NCBI GenBank assembly: GCA_020697715.1
Contig: JAEHCO010000002.1
Span: 32,001 to 96,000 of the forward strand
Direction of reading: 5' to 3'
Source: Methanobacteriota archaeon
GTDB lineage: Archaea; Thermoplasmatota; Thermoplasmata; SG8-5; JAGLSY01
DNA length: 64,000 nt
Positions within the stretch are counted from its first letter, which is position 1, and each line of letters begins with the position of its first letter. This document shows positions 1 through 7,817 of this stretch, piece after piece. Made by a program: the position numbers and the translations under genes. A model generated the notes under the pieces. That model did not search any database, was not told the origin of the DNA, and saw only the letters and a list, made by a program, of their open reading frames with translations.

Positions 1-425
1 GGAAGATAAAGGACATGGGAGCCACAATGAGACTGGGTGCCAATCCCATAATATTGAAGAAGAATTCTAAGGCCCACGACCTCTACAAGAAATTGAAGAT
101 CTCGGAAAGGCACAGGCACAGGTATGAGGTGAACCATGAATATATCAAGGCTATCGAAAAGGCTGGCCTTAAATTTACAGGATCGTCTCCGGATGGCAGA
201 AGGATGGAAGTTGCAGAACTGAAGGGCCATCCATACTATCTGGCCACACAGTTCCACCCTGAATTCAAATCACGACCTGCAAACCCCTCAAAAACACATC
301 TGGGGCTTGTATTTGCCGCGGTGAAGTATTCGAAGTCAAAGTCAGATACCACAAGCAAGGCGAAAAAGAAGCCAGCTGCCAAGAAAGCGACCACGAAAAA
401 GAAGGCCAAGGCAAAGAAGAAATAA
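1..425 (+). CDS. pyrG: CTP synthase, C-terminal part (gene starts before the window), with Lys-rich tail
   Basis: GATMRLG, ERHRHRYEVN and QFHPEFKSRP glutaminase-domain motifs; frame open to the window edge. Confidence 0.97.
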   Translation, partial: KIKDMGATMRLGANPIILKKNSKAHDLYKKLKISERHRHRYEVNHEYIKAIEKAGLKFTGSSPDGRRMEVAELKGHPYYLATQFHPEFKSRPANPSKTHLGLVFAAVKYSKSKSDTTSKAKKKPAAKKATTKKKAKAKKK

Positions 426-443
426 CTGAATGTGAACAAAAGA

Positions 444-472
444 AACTCAGGCTCTTTAAATGAGCCTGAGTT
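444..472. terminator. Hairpin between convergent genes
   Basis: AACTCAGGCTC-N7-GAGCCTGAGTT followed by T-tracts. Confidence 0.65.
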
Positions 473-502
473 CTCCTTTTCATTTTACTATATTTATTCC
501 AT

Positions 503-1663
503 TCAATCCAATGCTTGCTTCAATCTATCAATGGCCTTGTTAATGGTATCCAGTGATTTCGCATAGGACAATCTGACATATCCTTCTCCACCAGGTCCGA
601 AGGCAGTTCCAGACAGCAAAGCTATACCCAATTCATCAAGTGCATAGTCCGCGAACTCGTCACTGGTCATGCCAGTTTCCGTGATATTGGGGAAAGCGTA
701 GAAAGCGCCCTGTGGATTCACGCATCTTATCTTGCTGATGCTGTTCAGACCTTGCACGATCGCATCCCGGCGCTTGGTGAACTCGGCCATCATCGTCGCT
801 ATGGAATCCTGAGGGCCATTAAGGGCAGCCACCCCGCCCATCTGGACAAAGCCATTGGTACAGGAATCAATGGTCTGGTGAAGCAATCCTATCTTGCGAG
901 CGACGTCTTTCGGAGCGACACAGAATCCCAGCCTCCAGCCGGTCATCGCATATGCCTTGGAGAAACCATCCAGTATGATCGTTCTCTCTTTGCACTCATC
1001 TCTCACAGATGGGCTGAAATGCTCCCGATCATACAGCATTTTACCATATATCTCATCTGATAGGAGGTAAATATCATGCTCCTCGGCTATATCGGCCACT
1101 TCCTCTATCTCGGATCTGGTCATCACGCCGCCAGTGGGGTTGGAGGGCGAGTTCATGAGTATCAATCTGGTATCTGGAGTTATCTGCGCCCTGATATCAT
1201 CTGGATTCATTCTGAACTCGTTCTCTTCATGTAATTGTACCCGTTGAGCATCGATATTGAAGTATTTTATAGCTGAATAATATGATAAGAACCCAGGATC
1301 CTGGACGATCATCTTTCCACCAGTTCCAACAAGCGTAGCCATGGCATAGTAGATAATTGGATTTGCACCACTGGTCACAACTATCTGATCCGTATCCGGC
1401 CTGTATCCCTTTGTCCTTTCGAACTCGTCGCATATAGCCTCCCTCAGCTCGATAATTCCAGCTGAGTTGACATAATGTGTGAAGCCATCGTCCAGGGCAT
1501 CCTTAGCGGCCTGGCCAATATGCGCGGGTGTGTCAAAATCCGGCTCCCCTATCTCAAAATGCAGGATGTCCTCACCCTGTTTTTCCAGTTCCTGCGCCCT
1601 GGCCAGTACATTGAATGCGGCCTGGCCTGTAAGTCTGTTCGCGTGGTCTGTGAATTCCTTCAT
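503..1663 (-). CDS. PLP-dependent class I/II (aspartate-type) aminotransferase
   Basis: IGEPDF, NSPSNPTG, SDEIY, DGFSKAYAMTGWRLG motifs. Confidence 0.95.
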   Translation of the reverse strand: MKEFTDHANRLTGQAAFNVLARAQELEKQGEDILHFEIGEPDFDTPAHIGQAAKDALDDGFTHYVNSAGIIELREAICDEFERTKGYRPDTDQIVVTSGANPIIYYAMATLVGTGGKMIVQDPGFLSYYSAIKYFNIDAQRVQLHEENEFRMNPDDIRAQITPDTRLILMNSPSNPTGGVMTRSEIEEVADIAEEHDIYLLSDEIYGKMLYDREHFSPSVRDECKERTIILDGFSKAYAMTGWRLGFCVAPKDVARKIGLLHQTIDSCTNGFVQMGGVAALNGPQDSIATMMAEFTKRRDAIVQGLNSISKIRCVNPQGAFYAFPNITETGMTSDEFADYALDELGIALLSGTAFGPGGEGYVRLSYAKSLDTINKAIDRLKQALD

Positions 1664-1727
1664 ACTTCCAACTCTCCTTTCACTATGTTAAGGCGATTGG
1701 ATATTCTATTCCTCTGCATAATATTTT

Positions 1728-2075
1728 CTAGGCCTTTGATGGGAACCAACATCGAAGCCCCTTCTTTGAGACATCGATACTGAATAATCCAATGCCGACG
1801 AATATCGGGATGTATAATAATGTGATCCAGGCAGCTGGCTCCACCATGTAGGGCCCGATCCCACCATATCCCCAAAATCTATTTGGAAGTTCTGTAGATC
1901 TCCATTCCATGCCATTCAGGATCATGTCCATCAGGGAATGATATCCATATCCTGCTTCTCTTCCATCAATTGCATCTGTATATGTGCAGGGATATACCGG
2001 AAGATAAAGGGCTGCCAGAGCCATACCTATCACTATTCCCAAAGCCACGATCTTGTTAGTTTTATCCACATCCAT
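1728..2075 (-). CDS. Small membrane protein, unknown function
   Basis: Two hydrophobic segments; GGTGTGA SD upstream. Confidence 0.65.
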   Translation of the reverse strand: MDVDKTNKIVALGIVIGMALAALYLPVYPCTYTDAIDGREAGYGYHSLMDMILNGMEWRSTELPNRFWGYGGIGPYMVEPAAWITLLYIPIFVGIGLFSIDVSKKGLRCWFPSKA

Positions 2076-2087
2076 TTGATCACACCA

Positions 2088-2180
2088 TTAGAATACATGG
2101 CCGAAGAAACGTGCAGAGAACTTTCTCCTCACCTTCTCGATCATATCCTTTTCCTTTTTCTTTCTCCAGGCATCTTTCAC
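2088..2180 (-). CDS. Putative 30-aa basic peptide MKDAWRKKKEKDMIEKVRRKFSARFFGHVF
   Basis: GGTGA-TAAT-GTG start with the 4-nt spacing seen for several other genes here; ends 12 nt before the next gene; below the ORF-track cutoff. Confidence 0.55.
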   Translation of the reverse strand: MKDAWRKKKEKDMIEKVRRKFSARFFGHVF

Positions 2181-2226
2181 ATTATCACCGATATAAAAAT
2201 ATGCCAGCAGGGGTTTAAAAGGACAT

Positions 2227-2276
2227 TGGTACACGATTTTGTGTAATATTTAAGTCGTTCGGTACAGTCTTTTGTA
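2227..2276 (-). promoter_or_regulatory. TATA box flanked by two GTAC-N5-TTTGT boxes (copy 1)
   Basis: 35/50 ungapped identity to 10138-10187. Confidence 0.6.
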
Positions 2277-2449
2277 TTTACTTAATGGATTATGGCAGAT
2301 ATATAGCATATATTTCTCCCACCTGGCTGCCACCCTCACCTTGAATTCTCATTGAATACACCCACCCTCGAATTATGATATGCGATGCCCCTATCGGTCT
2401 CCTCTTCTATGTGATAAAATATTTATCCTATTGCTTTCTCCTTGGTGTG

Positions 2450-3385
2450 ATGGCAGATGTCACAGGGGTAATCGGGGAGATCATCAAGTTCCAGAAGGAC
2501 GACGAAGTGGATCAATTCACTGTGAAGAAATTGAATTCCGCATATTACGAGCACAGGGCTATTCAACGGACACCACTGGCCGAGCTCCGATGGGTCGTCA
2601 ATGGCAATAAAAGACTTTCCCTGCTTGAATCCTTTCTCGAGTTCGAAGAACTTCGGACACTGGAGATACATTTCTTCAAGCCCAATATGAAGCAGAATTG
2701 GGATTACGATGTTCCCACCAAGAAGGTCGTGCTGCTCGGACATGGCCTTGGAGGCGTGGAGACCTTTCATTACGATTCCCTCAAACTGAATAAATGGGAT
2801 CTGAGCCAGGGCGTTAAAAGGTCCAAGGTGATGATCCGTGGTTTCATTTCCAATTTCTATTATCCAATGTCCATCAAGACCAAGCTCAAGGACGACCAGG
2901 ATGCTCTCAATCGAATTTTCATCCCCGAGCTTATGACCCTGGAGAATATCTGGCAGATCGTCAGGACCACGGGCGTCGTTCCCTTCACCCTACACCTTTG
3001 TCTTTACACCCAGACGGAGCGAATAACCTATTATCTCGATCTTGTGAACAATCAGCTTATCAAGGATTTCCGAAGTGGTGTTATATCGGTGAAGGAGAAG
3101 GCCAATAGAAGTTCCATGGACAATTATAACTTCGATAGAGTACTGGCATCCACAGATATGAAGGACAAGGTCAAGAAGGTCTTCATAGCCCTATACGATA
3201 TGAATCACGCCACTGCCTCTGATATATCTTTCAGTTTTGGAATGACGGACAATATGGCTCGAAATTGTCTTGAGGCATTGGTCACCAGGGGTTTTGCCAG
3301 CAAAGAAGGTGTTTCTCCTAGGGAAGTATACGAGATAAATTCCCTGGATCTGGAGGAAGCAGTTGCTAAAATGGATGAGAAGTGA
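2450..3385 (+). CDS. Uncharacterised protein with C-terminal winged-HTH (TrmB/MarR-like)
   Basis: KVFIALYDMNHATASDISFSFGMTDNMARNCLEALVTRGF pattern; start moved to the ATG after a GGTG SD. Confidence 0.7.
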   Translation: MADVTGVIGEIIKFQKDDEVDQFTVKKLNSAYYEHRAIQRTPLAELRWVVNGNKRLSLLESFLEFEELRTLEIHFFKPNMKQNWDYDVPTKKVVLLGHGLGGVETFHYDSLKLNKWDLSQGVKRSKVMIRGFISNFYYPMSIKTKLKDDQDALNRIFIPELMTLENIWQIVRTTGVVPFTLHLCLYTQTERITYYLDLVNNQLIKDFRSGVISVKEKANRSSMDNYNFDRVLASTDMKDKVKKVFIALYDMNHATASDISFSFGMTDNMARNCLEALVTRGFASKEGVSPREVYEINSLDLEEAVAKMDEK

Positions 3386-3477
3386 GACTTTTCTAAAGAT
3401 CTGGATACATATTTTGTTTAGATATCTCGGTATCTATCAGATGTCTATCGATCAATCGATCGACCCGATATGCTCTA

Positions 3478-3972
3478 TTATTTTCTATCTTTCTTATCGA
3501 TCAGTGGAGCATTCTTGAACTCTTCTGGCTCTGGTATCTCATCATGATCCTCTGGCTCTCTTCTGTGTCGGCCTGGTTTGAATGACATCTCGATGAACAC
3601 GAACACGCCAACGAACAGGATCGCTACAAGGACCAGGGGCCATTTTGAGCTATCGTCCTCAACCGGAATGACATTTAGATCTCCGGTCTCGATAACCTCT
3701 TCATCAACCTCGAGCTCCCAGGGAACTGTTCCTTCCTTAAGATTGCGTACGGAGGTCACCCAGGTTCCATCCTCTTCCTCCTCAAAAGCTTGAAAATGCT
3801 CCACACCATCTTCCCAAAAATAAATACCAACTGATACTGCATTTTCATGTGGCTGGAAGGTTATGATTATGGTCATGGGTTCCCCCACATGGATGACATT
3901 TGGTATGTCCACAACTGGCTCGCACATACCTCGATCTGCCATCAATGGAATAAAGGAGCAGATGATGATCAT
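3478..3972 (-). CDS. Hypothetical exported protein with C-terminal membrane anchor
   Basis: Hydrophobic N-terminus, beta-rich core, TM WPLVLVAILFVGVFVFIEM; follows mbf1; start uncertain. Confidence 0.6.
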   Translation of the reverse strand: MIIICSFIPLMADRGMCEPVVDIPNVIHVGEPMTIIITFQPHENAVSVGIYFWEDGVEHFQAFEEEEDGTWVTSVRNLKEGTVPWELEVDEEVIETGDLNVIPVEDDSSKWPLVLVAILFVGVFVFIEMSFKPGRHRREPEDHDEIPEPEEFKNAPLIDKKDRK

Positions 3973-3980
3973 CAGGATGC

Positions 3981-4472
3981 CTATTCGTATTTTATGAAAT
4001 CTCCGAGGGTCATACTTCGTTTGAAGGCCTCCTTCTCTGTTCCAACTTCCACTTCTTCAATGGAATCTTTAAGTGATATCCCAAGTGCTCTCTCGAGAGT
4101 GCTTACTAGTTTATCACTTGGTCTGATATCCTGATTCTCCACCTTGATTATGATGCTCTTCTTCTCATTGATCTTCTTTGCCAGTTCATCCTGGCTCATG
4201 CCCATTTGTCTTCTTTTATCTCTGACCCTGGCACCATAATCATCCGCGATGATCTTCTCCGAACCTTGATTGTAAATATCCCTGGATCCCATTCTTCGGC
4301 TTCTTTGCTGCAACCGATCTGCTATTGGAGTGGATATCACCCTTCCTGTATCGGTCTTCACCACGGTCTCTCCAACAGCGAATTTTTGACAGCCTTCACA
4401 GACGTTCAAGGGTGCTCCTTCAACCATCATAAGCTTTGTTCTGACCTCTTTACCACACATTTCACAGACCAT
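3981..4472 (-). CDS. mbf1: Multiprotein bridging factor 1 (Zn ribbon + HTH)
   Basis: CEMCG...VCEGC ribbon, GMSQDELAKKINEK HTH, C-terminal TLGDF; divergent from pan. Confidence 0.95.
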   Translation of the reverse strand: MVCEMCGKEVRTKLMMVEGAPLNVCEGCQKFAVGETVVKTDTGRVISTPIADRLQQRSRRMGSRDIYNQGSEKIIADDYGARVRDKRRQMGMSQDELAKKINEKKSIIIKVENQDIRPSDKLVSTLERALGISLKDSIEEVEVGTEKEAFKRSMTLGDFIKYE

Positions 4473-4581
4473 GAATATTTCCTCCAATCAGACATTTCAA
4501 CGGTAAACCATAAATAGGCCTAGGGGAATATATATTTAGCGATGGGATGCTGGACAGCATCTTCTGCATCGAGGTGCATAA

Positions 4582-5805
4582 ATGGATGACGAAAATGATG
4601 AGATAGAAGAATTCTCAGAAGCCCTTTCCAAGCGGATAGCCACACTTGAAGAGATGAATGAAAGGCTATTGGACGAAGCCAAGGAAAATGAGGGTGAAAA
4701 GCGATACATCCAGAATGAAATGGGACGGTTGCAGAAGGAGATACAGAGAATTAAATTCGAGCTGGACAGGATGAAGACCCCGCCCATGATAATCGGAACC
4801 ATCAAGGATGTTCTAACCGATGGCCGGGTGGTCGTGAAATCCAGTACTGGCCCAGATTTTATTGTAAATATCGCGGAATATATAACCTCCGAGAACGTGG
4901 TAGTTGGTTCCCGGGTTGCACTTAATAAACAAAGCCTCGCGGTAGTTGGTGTCCTACCTCAATCCATAGACCCCATAATAACAGGTGGGGAGGTCATCGA
5001 GAGGCCTGAGATAAGCTATGAAGATATAGGAGGTCTAGATGATCAGATCAGGGAGATCAGGGAGTCCATTGAGGACCCTCTTTTGAAACCCGCTCTTTAT
5101 GCCAAGGTGGGCATCGAGCCTCCCAATGGTGTTCTGCTTGTTGGACCGCCAGGAACGGGTAAGACCTTGCTTGCCAAAGCAGCGGCTCATGAGACAAATG
5201 CGACTTTCATCAAGTTTGTAGGATCTGAACTTGTCCAGAAGTATATTGGAGAAGGTGCTAGATTGGTAAGAGAGCTCTTTGAGATGGCAAGGGAAAAGGC
5301 TCCTGCCATCGTGTTCATCGATGAGTTGGATTCTGTTGGAGCCAAAAGATTGGAGGTCGCAACCTCCGGTGATAGAGAAGTGCAGAGAACCCTGATGCAA
5401 TTACTGTCGGAACTGGACGGCTTCGATTCCCTGGAAAATGTCAAGATCATAGGCGCGACAAATAGGCCGGATATCCTGGACGACGCATTGCTGAGACCTG
5501 GAAGATTTGACAGGATAATCGAGATATCACCACCCACCTTCCAGGGCAGGATGGAAATATTCCAGATCCACACTCGAAAGATGAGCCTTGCTAAAGGCAA
5601 GGAAGCTGTTATTTATGAGGAACTTGCTTCAAAATCAGCTGGAGCAAGTGGAGCCGAGATAAAGGCCATCTGTACCGAGGCCGGTATATTCGCTATCCGC
5701 AGTAATAGATCCCGAGTGAGGATGTCGGATTTCCTGCAGGCCATAGACAAGGTTGTTACCGAGGACGAGAATCATAGTGAGGAAACGCAGAAGATGTTCG
5801 CGTAA
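4582..5805 (+). CDS. pan: Proteasome-activating nucleotidase
   Basis: Coiled coil, OB domain, GPPGTGKT, IVFIDELD, GDREVQRT, RPGRFDR, C-terminal MFA HbYX-like tail. Confidence 0.97.
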   Translation: MDDENDEIEEFSEALSKRIATLEEMNERLLDEAKENEGEKRYIQNEMGRLQKEIQRIKFELDRMKTPPMIIGTIKDVLTDGRVVVKSSTGPDFIVNIAEYITSENVVVGSRVALNKQSLAVVGVLPQSIDPIITGGEVIERPEISYEDIGGLDDQIREIRESIEDPLLKPALYAKVGIEPPNGVLLVGPPGTGKTLLAKAAAHETNATFIKFVGSELVQKYIGEGARLVRELFEMAREKAPAIVFIDELDSVGAKRLEVATSGDREVQRTLMQLLSELDGFDSLENVKIIGATNRPDILDDALLRPGRFDRIIEISPPTFQGRMEIFQIHTRKMSLAKGKEAVIYEELASKSAGASGAEIKAICTEAGIFAIRSNRSRVRMSDFLQAIDKVVTEDENHSEETQKMFA

Positions 5806-5867
5806 GCCTTTTCTTTCATTTCTCGCTGTGCTGGCTCATTCTCCAAAGAAAAGTATTACAGTGCAAA

Positions 5868-6030
5868 AGAAACTCGAATGAGCCTGCTCGCTCGAAAATC
5901 TTATGATCCATTGCTGCATGATAGCATTATACAGTATTGTGAGAAAAACTCGCCGTAAGCTCAGCTTGGCTGAGATTCAACCTGCTCGCTCGGCGATACT
6001 TATGCTCTATTGATGCGTGATAGCCTTTAG
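5868..6030 (+). repeat. Two tandem degenerate copies of a dispersed palindromic repeat
   Basis: AAACTCG...CCTGCTCGCTCG...CTTATG..C.ATTG.TGC.TGATAGC twice (CCTGCTCGCTCG at 5883 and 5981); related copies at 33122, 51146, 52165. Confidence 0.7.
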
Positions 6031-6065
6031 GAATGGTCAAAAAAAGAAAATTTACCCTGGGTATT

Positions 6066-6587
6066 TCAGACCAGGGCATTTGGACCACATTCTCTTATGA
6101 TATCATCAAGCGCGATCTCCAATTCGATCTCATCCAGAAGATTGATCTCCACCTCTGGCTCATCACATTCCGAGTACACCTTCCATTCCATTGCATAATA
6201 GAAGCAATTGAAAAGCGTGACAGCCAGTATCAGTATCATATACTTTTCAAGGTGCAGCGAGAATTCATAAGGCCCCCAATCCTGGGTCATCACCATGCTT
6301 CCTCCAAGGAAAGCCAGGATCCACAGTAGTGCTGTGAATACATAGACGAGGTTCAATGCTAGTCTCCTTACATCTCCCATTGGATAGCGGATGCTTAGCT
6401 GGGATATGATCACCATGACCACGGCAAAGGGAATTATGGCCCAGATGATCTGCGTGTACCTTTCCTCCGATAGCTCGGGATAGCTCTCCATAATCATGTA
6501 AATGGCCATGACCGGCATTATCAGGTAGAATATCACCGCGAATACGGCCTTGACAGAAATTCTTCTTCCAGTGTCCTCAGGCAACAT
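6066..6587 (-). CDS. Four-TM membrane protein, unknown function
   Basis: Four hydrophobic segments and an acidic tail; overlaps the upstream ORF end. Confidence 0.75.
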   Translation of the reverse strand: MLPEDTGRRISVKAVFAVIFYLIMPVMAIYMIMESYPELSEERYTQIIWAIIPFAVVMVIISQLSIRYPMGDVRRLALNLVYVFTALLWILAFLGGSMVMTQDWGPYEFSLHLEKYMILILAVTLFNCFYYAMEWKVYSECDEPEVEINLLDEIELEIALDDIIRECGPNALV

Positions 6588-7434
6588 AGTGGAAGTTCAC
6601 CTCCTTGAGATCGACGGATATCATCGCATCATACAATTCGATGCCCAATATGAAGGATAATCCAATATCCCCAGTTTCTCCGATGGGCCCAGATAAGAAA
6701 CACGCGATCTCCAATGAGCTATTGTCGATGTTCAGAACATCTAATATGAATTCGGTTCCGTTCCCGAATCCCAATTCGATCTCATCGCTATATCCAAGCA
6801 TGTCCATGAATACTGGTTCAAGTGAATCGATCCCCTGATCAACTCCACTCTCAGCTATATCCAGTAGAACTCCCAGATTGGACATGATATTATCCTCGTC
6901 CACTGCATCTTTCAAGGGTGCGGACCACGGGTATTCTATTACCTCATCCACGGTCATGTGCACTAGACCAAGCATGTAATCCGCGTCTATATCGACATAA
7001 AGACTTACCGTGTCATCCATTGTGAGGAATTCGAACCAGCCTGCCAGTCCAAATGTATCCACTGGCAGTTCCACTATTATGTCAAATGTTCTCTCGCCTC
7101 CACGTATTATTGCCAGATCTTCCTTATTGAATTCTATCAATCTAACGCCTTGCGAGTTCTCCAACCATGCCCTGACTCCCAGGTTGTCGATATCATAAGC
7201 TCCCTTGTTACTGACACTGAAATTGCTCATAAATAAAAGCTTCTGGCCAACCGGGTCTATGGCCCAGTTAAAGCTCTCTTCATCCGGTATCTCAAATTCT
7301 ATCCCATGCATTGTCACTGTTATCAAATTCAGGAAGGTCATTGTCGCCACTAGACAACTCAATGTTATCGCGACCATCCTTACGTATGCTAATTCTTTTT
7401 TTCCTATTTTCCTAATCTTTTCGAGTTCATTCAC
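6577..7434 (-). CDS. Membrane-anchored protein with LEA_2/WHy-like beta domain
   Basis: N-terminal TM followed by FSVSNKGAYDIDNL; GGAGG SD, GTG start. Confidence 0.7.
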   Translation of the reverse strand: MNELEKIRKIGKKELAYVRMVAITLSCLVATMTFLNLITVTMHGIEFEIPDEESFNWAIDPVGQKLLFMSNFSVSNKGAYDIDNLGVRAWLENSQGVRLIEFNKEDLAIIRGGERTFDIIVELPVDTFGLAGWFEFLTMDDTVSLYVDIDADYMLGLVHMTVDEVIEYPWSAPLKDAVDEDNIMSNLGVLLDIAESGVDQGIDSLEPVFMDMLGYSDEIELGFGNGTEFILDVLNIDNSSLEIACFLSGPIGETGDIGLSFILGIELYDAMISVDLKEVNFHYVA

Positions 7435-7674
7435 CTCCTATTTTAGATGATGAATGACCTTTCTAGAACTGAGACTGAAGTATTCGATCTTTCTATACCA
7501 GATCTATCGCCAGAACCTATCTTCTAAACTATTCTGGCCCCATATATTTAATCTGAATCATATTTGATCACTACCTCGGCTCACTAGCCGATATTGCATT
7601 GATGTAAGTTTTTTTTTTGAAGACAAAGCTGAAGCTTCATCTTCAAAATCCCACATTCGAATGCAATGAATTAT

Positions 7675-7712
7675 TGATTATCCCCAAGCTTTAGTCTTGG
7701 GGAGTTCTCAAC
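7675..7712 (+). mobile_element. IS200/IS605-type end-like hairpin remnant
   Basis: TCCCCAAG-CTTTAGT-CTTGGGGA-GTTCTCAA resembles tnpB-element right ends (CCCC..TTTAG..GGGGAG..TCAA); no transposase nearby. Confidence 0.45.
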
Positions 7713-7817
7713 TCTAAGCAATATGTGACATCCACGACACATATTGACTCTTTGGCCCCACGCCCTTTTTTTGGTCATTCATTGTCTATATGTTACTATG
7801 GTAAGTCCTTGTATATA

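Noticed and set aside
2290-2352. 20-aa minus-strand sORF after GGGTG
   Set aside because: Too short, with no supporting features beyond a possible SD.
3395-3475. GATC/ATCGAT-rich patch
   Set aside because: Low-complexity region between convergent genes with no defined unit; not enough evidence for an origin or methylation cluster.
5850-6030. CRISPR array
   Set aside because: Only two degenerate units, no unique spacers and no cas genes.
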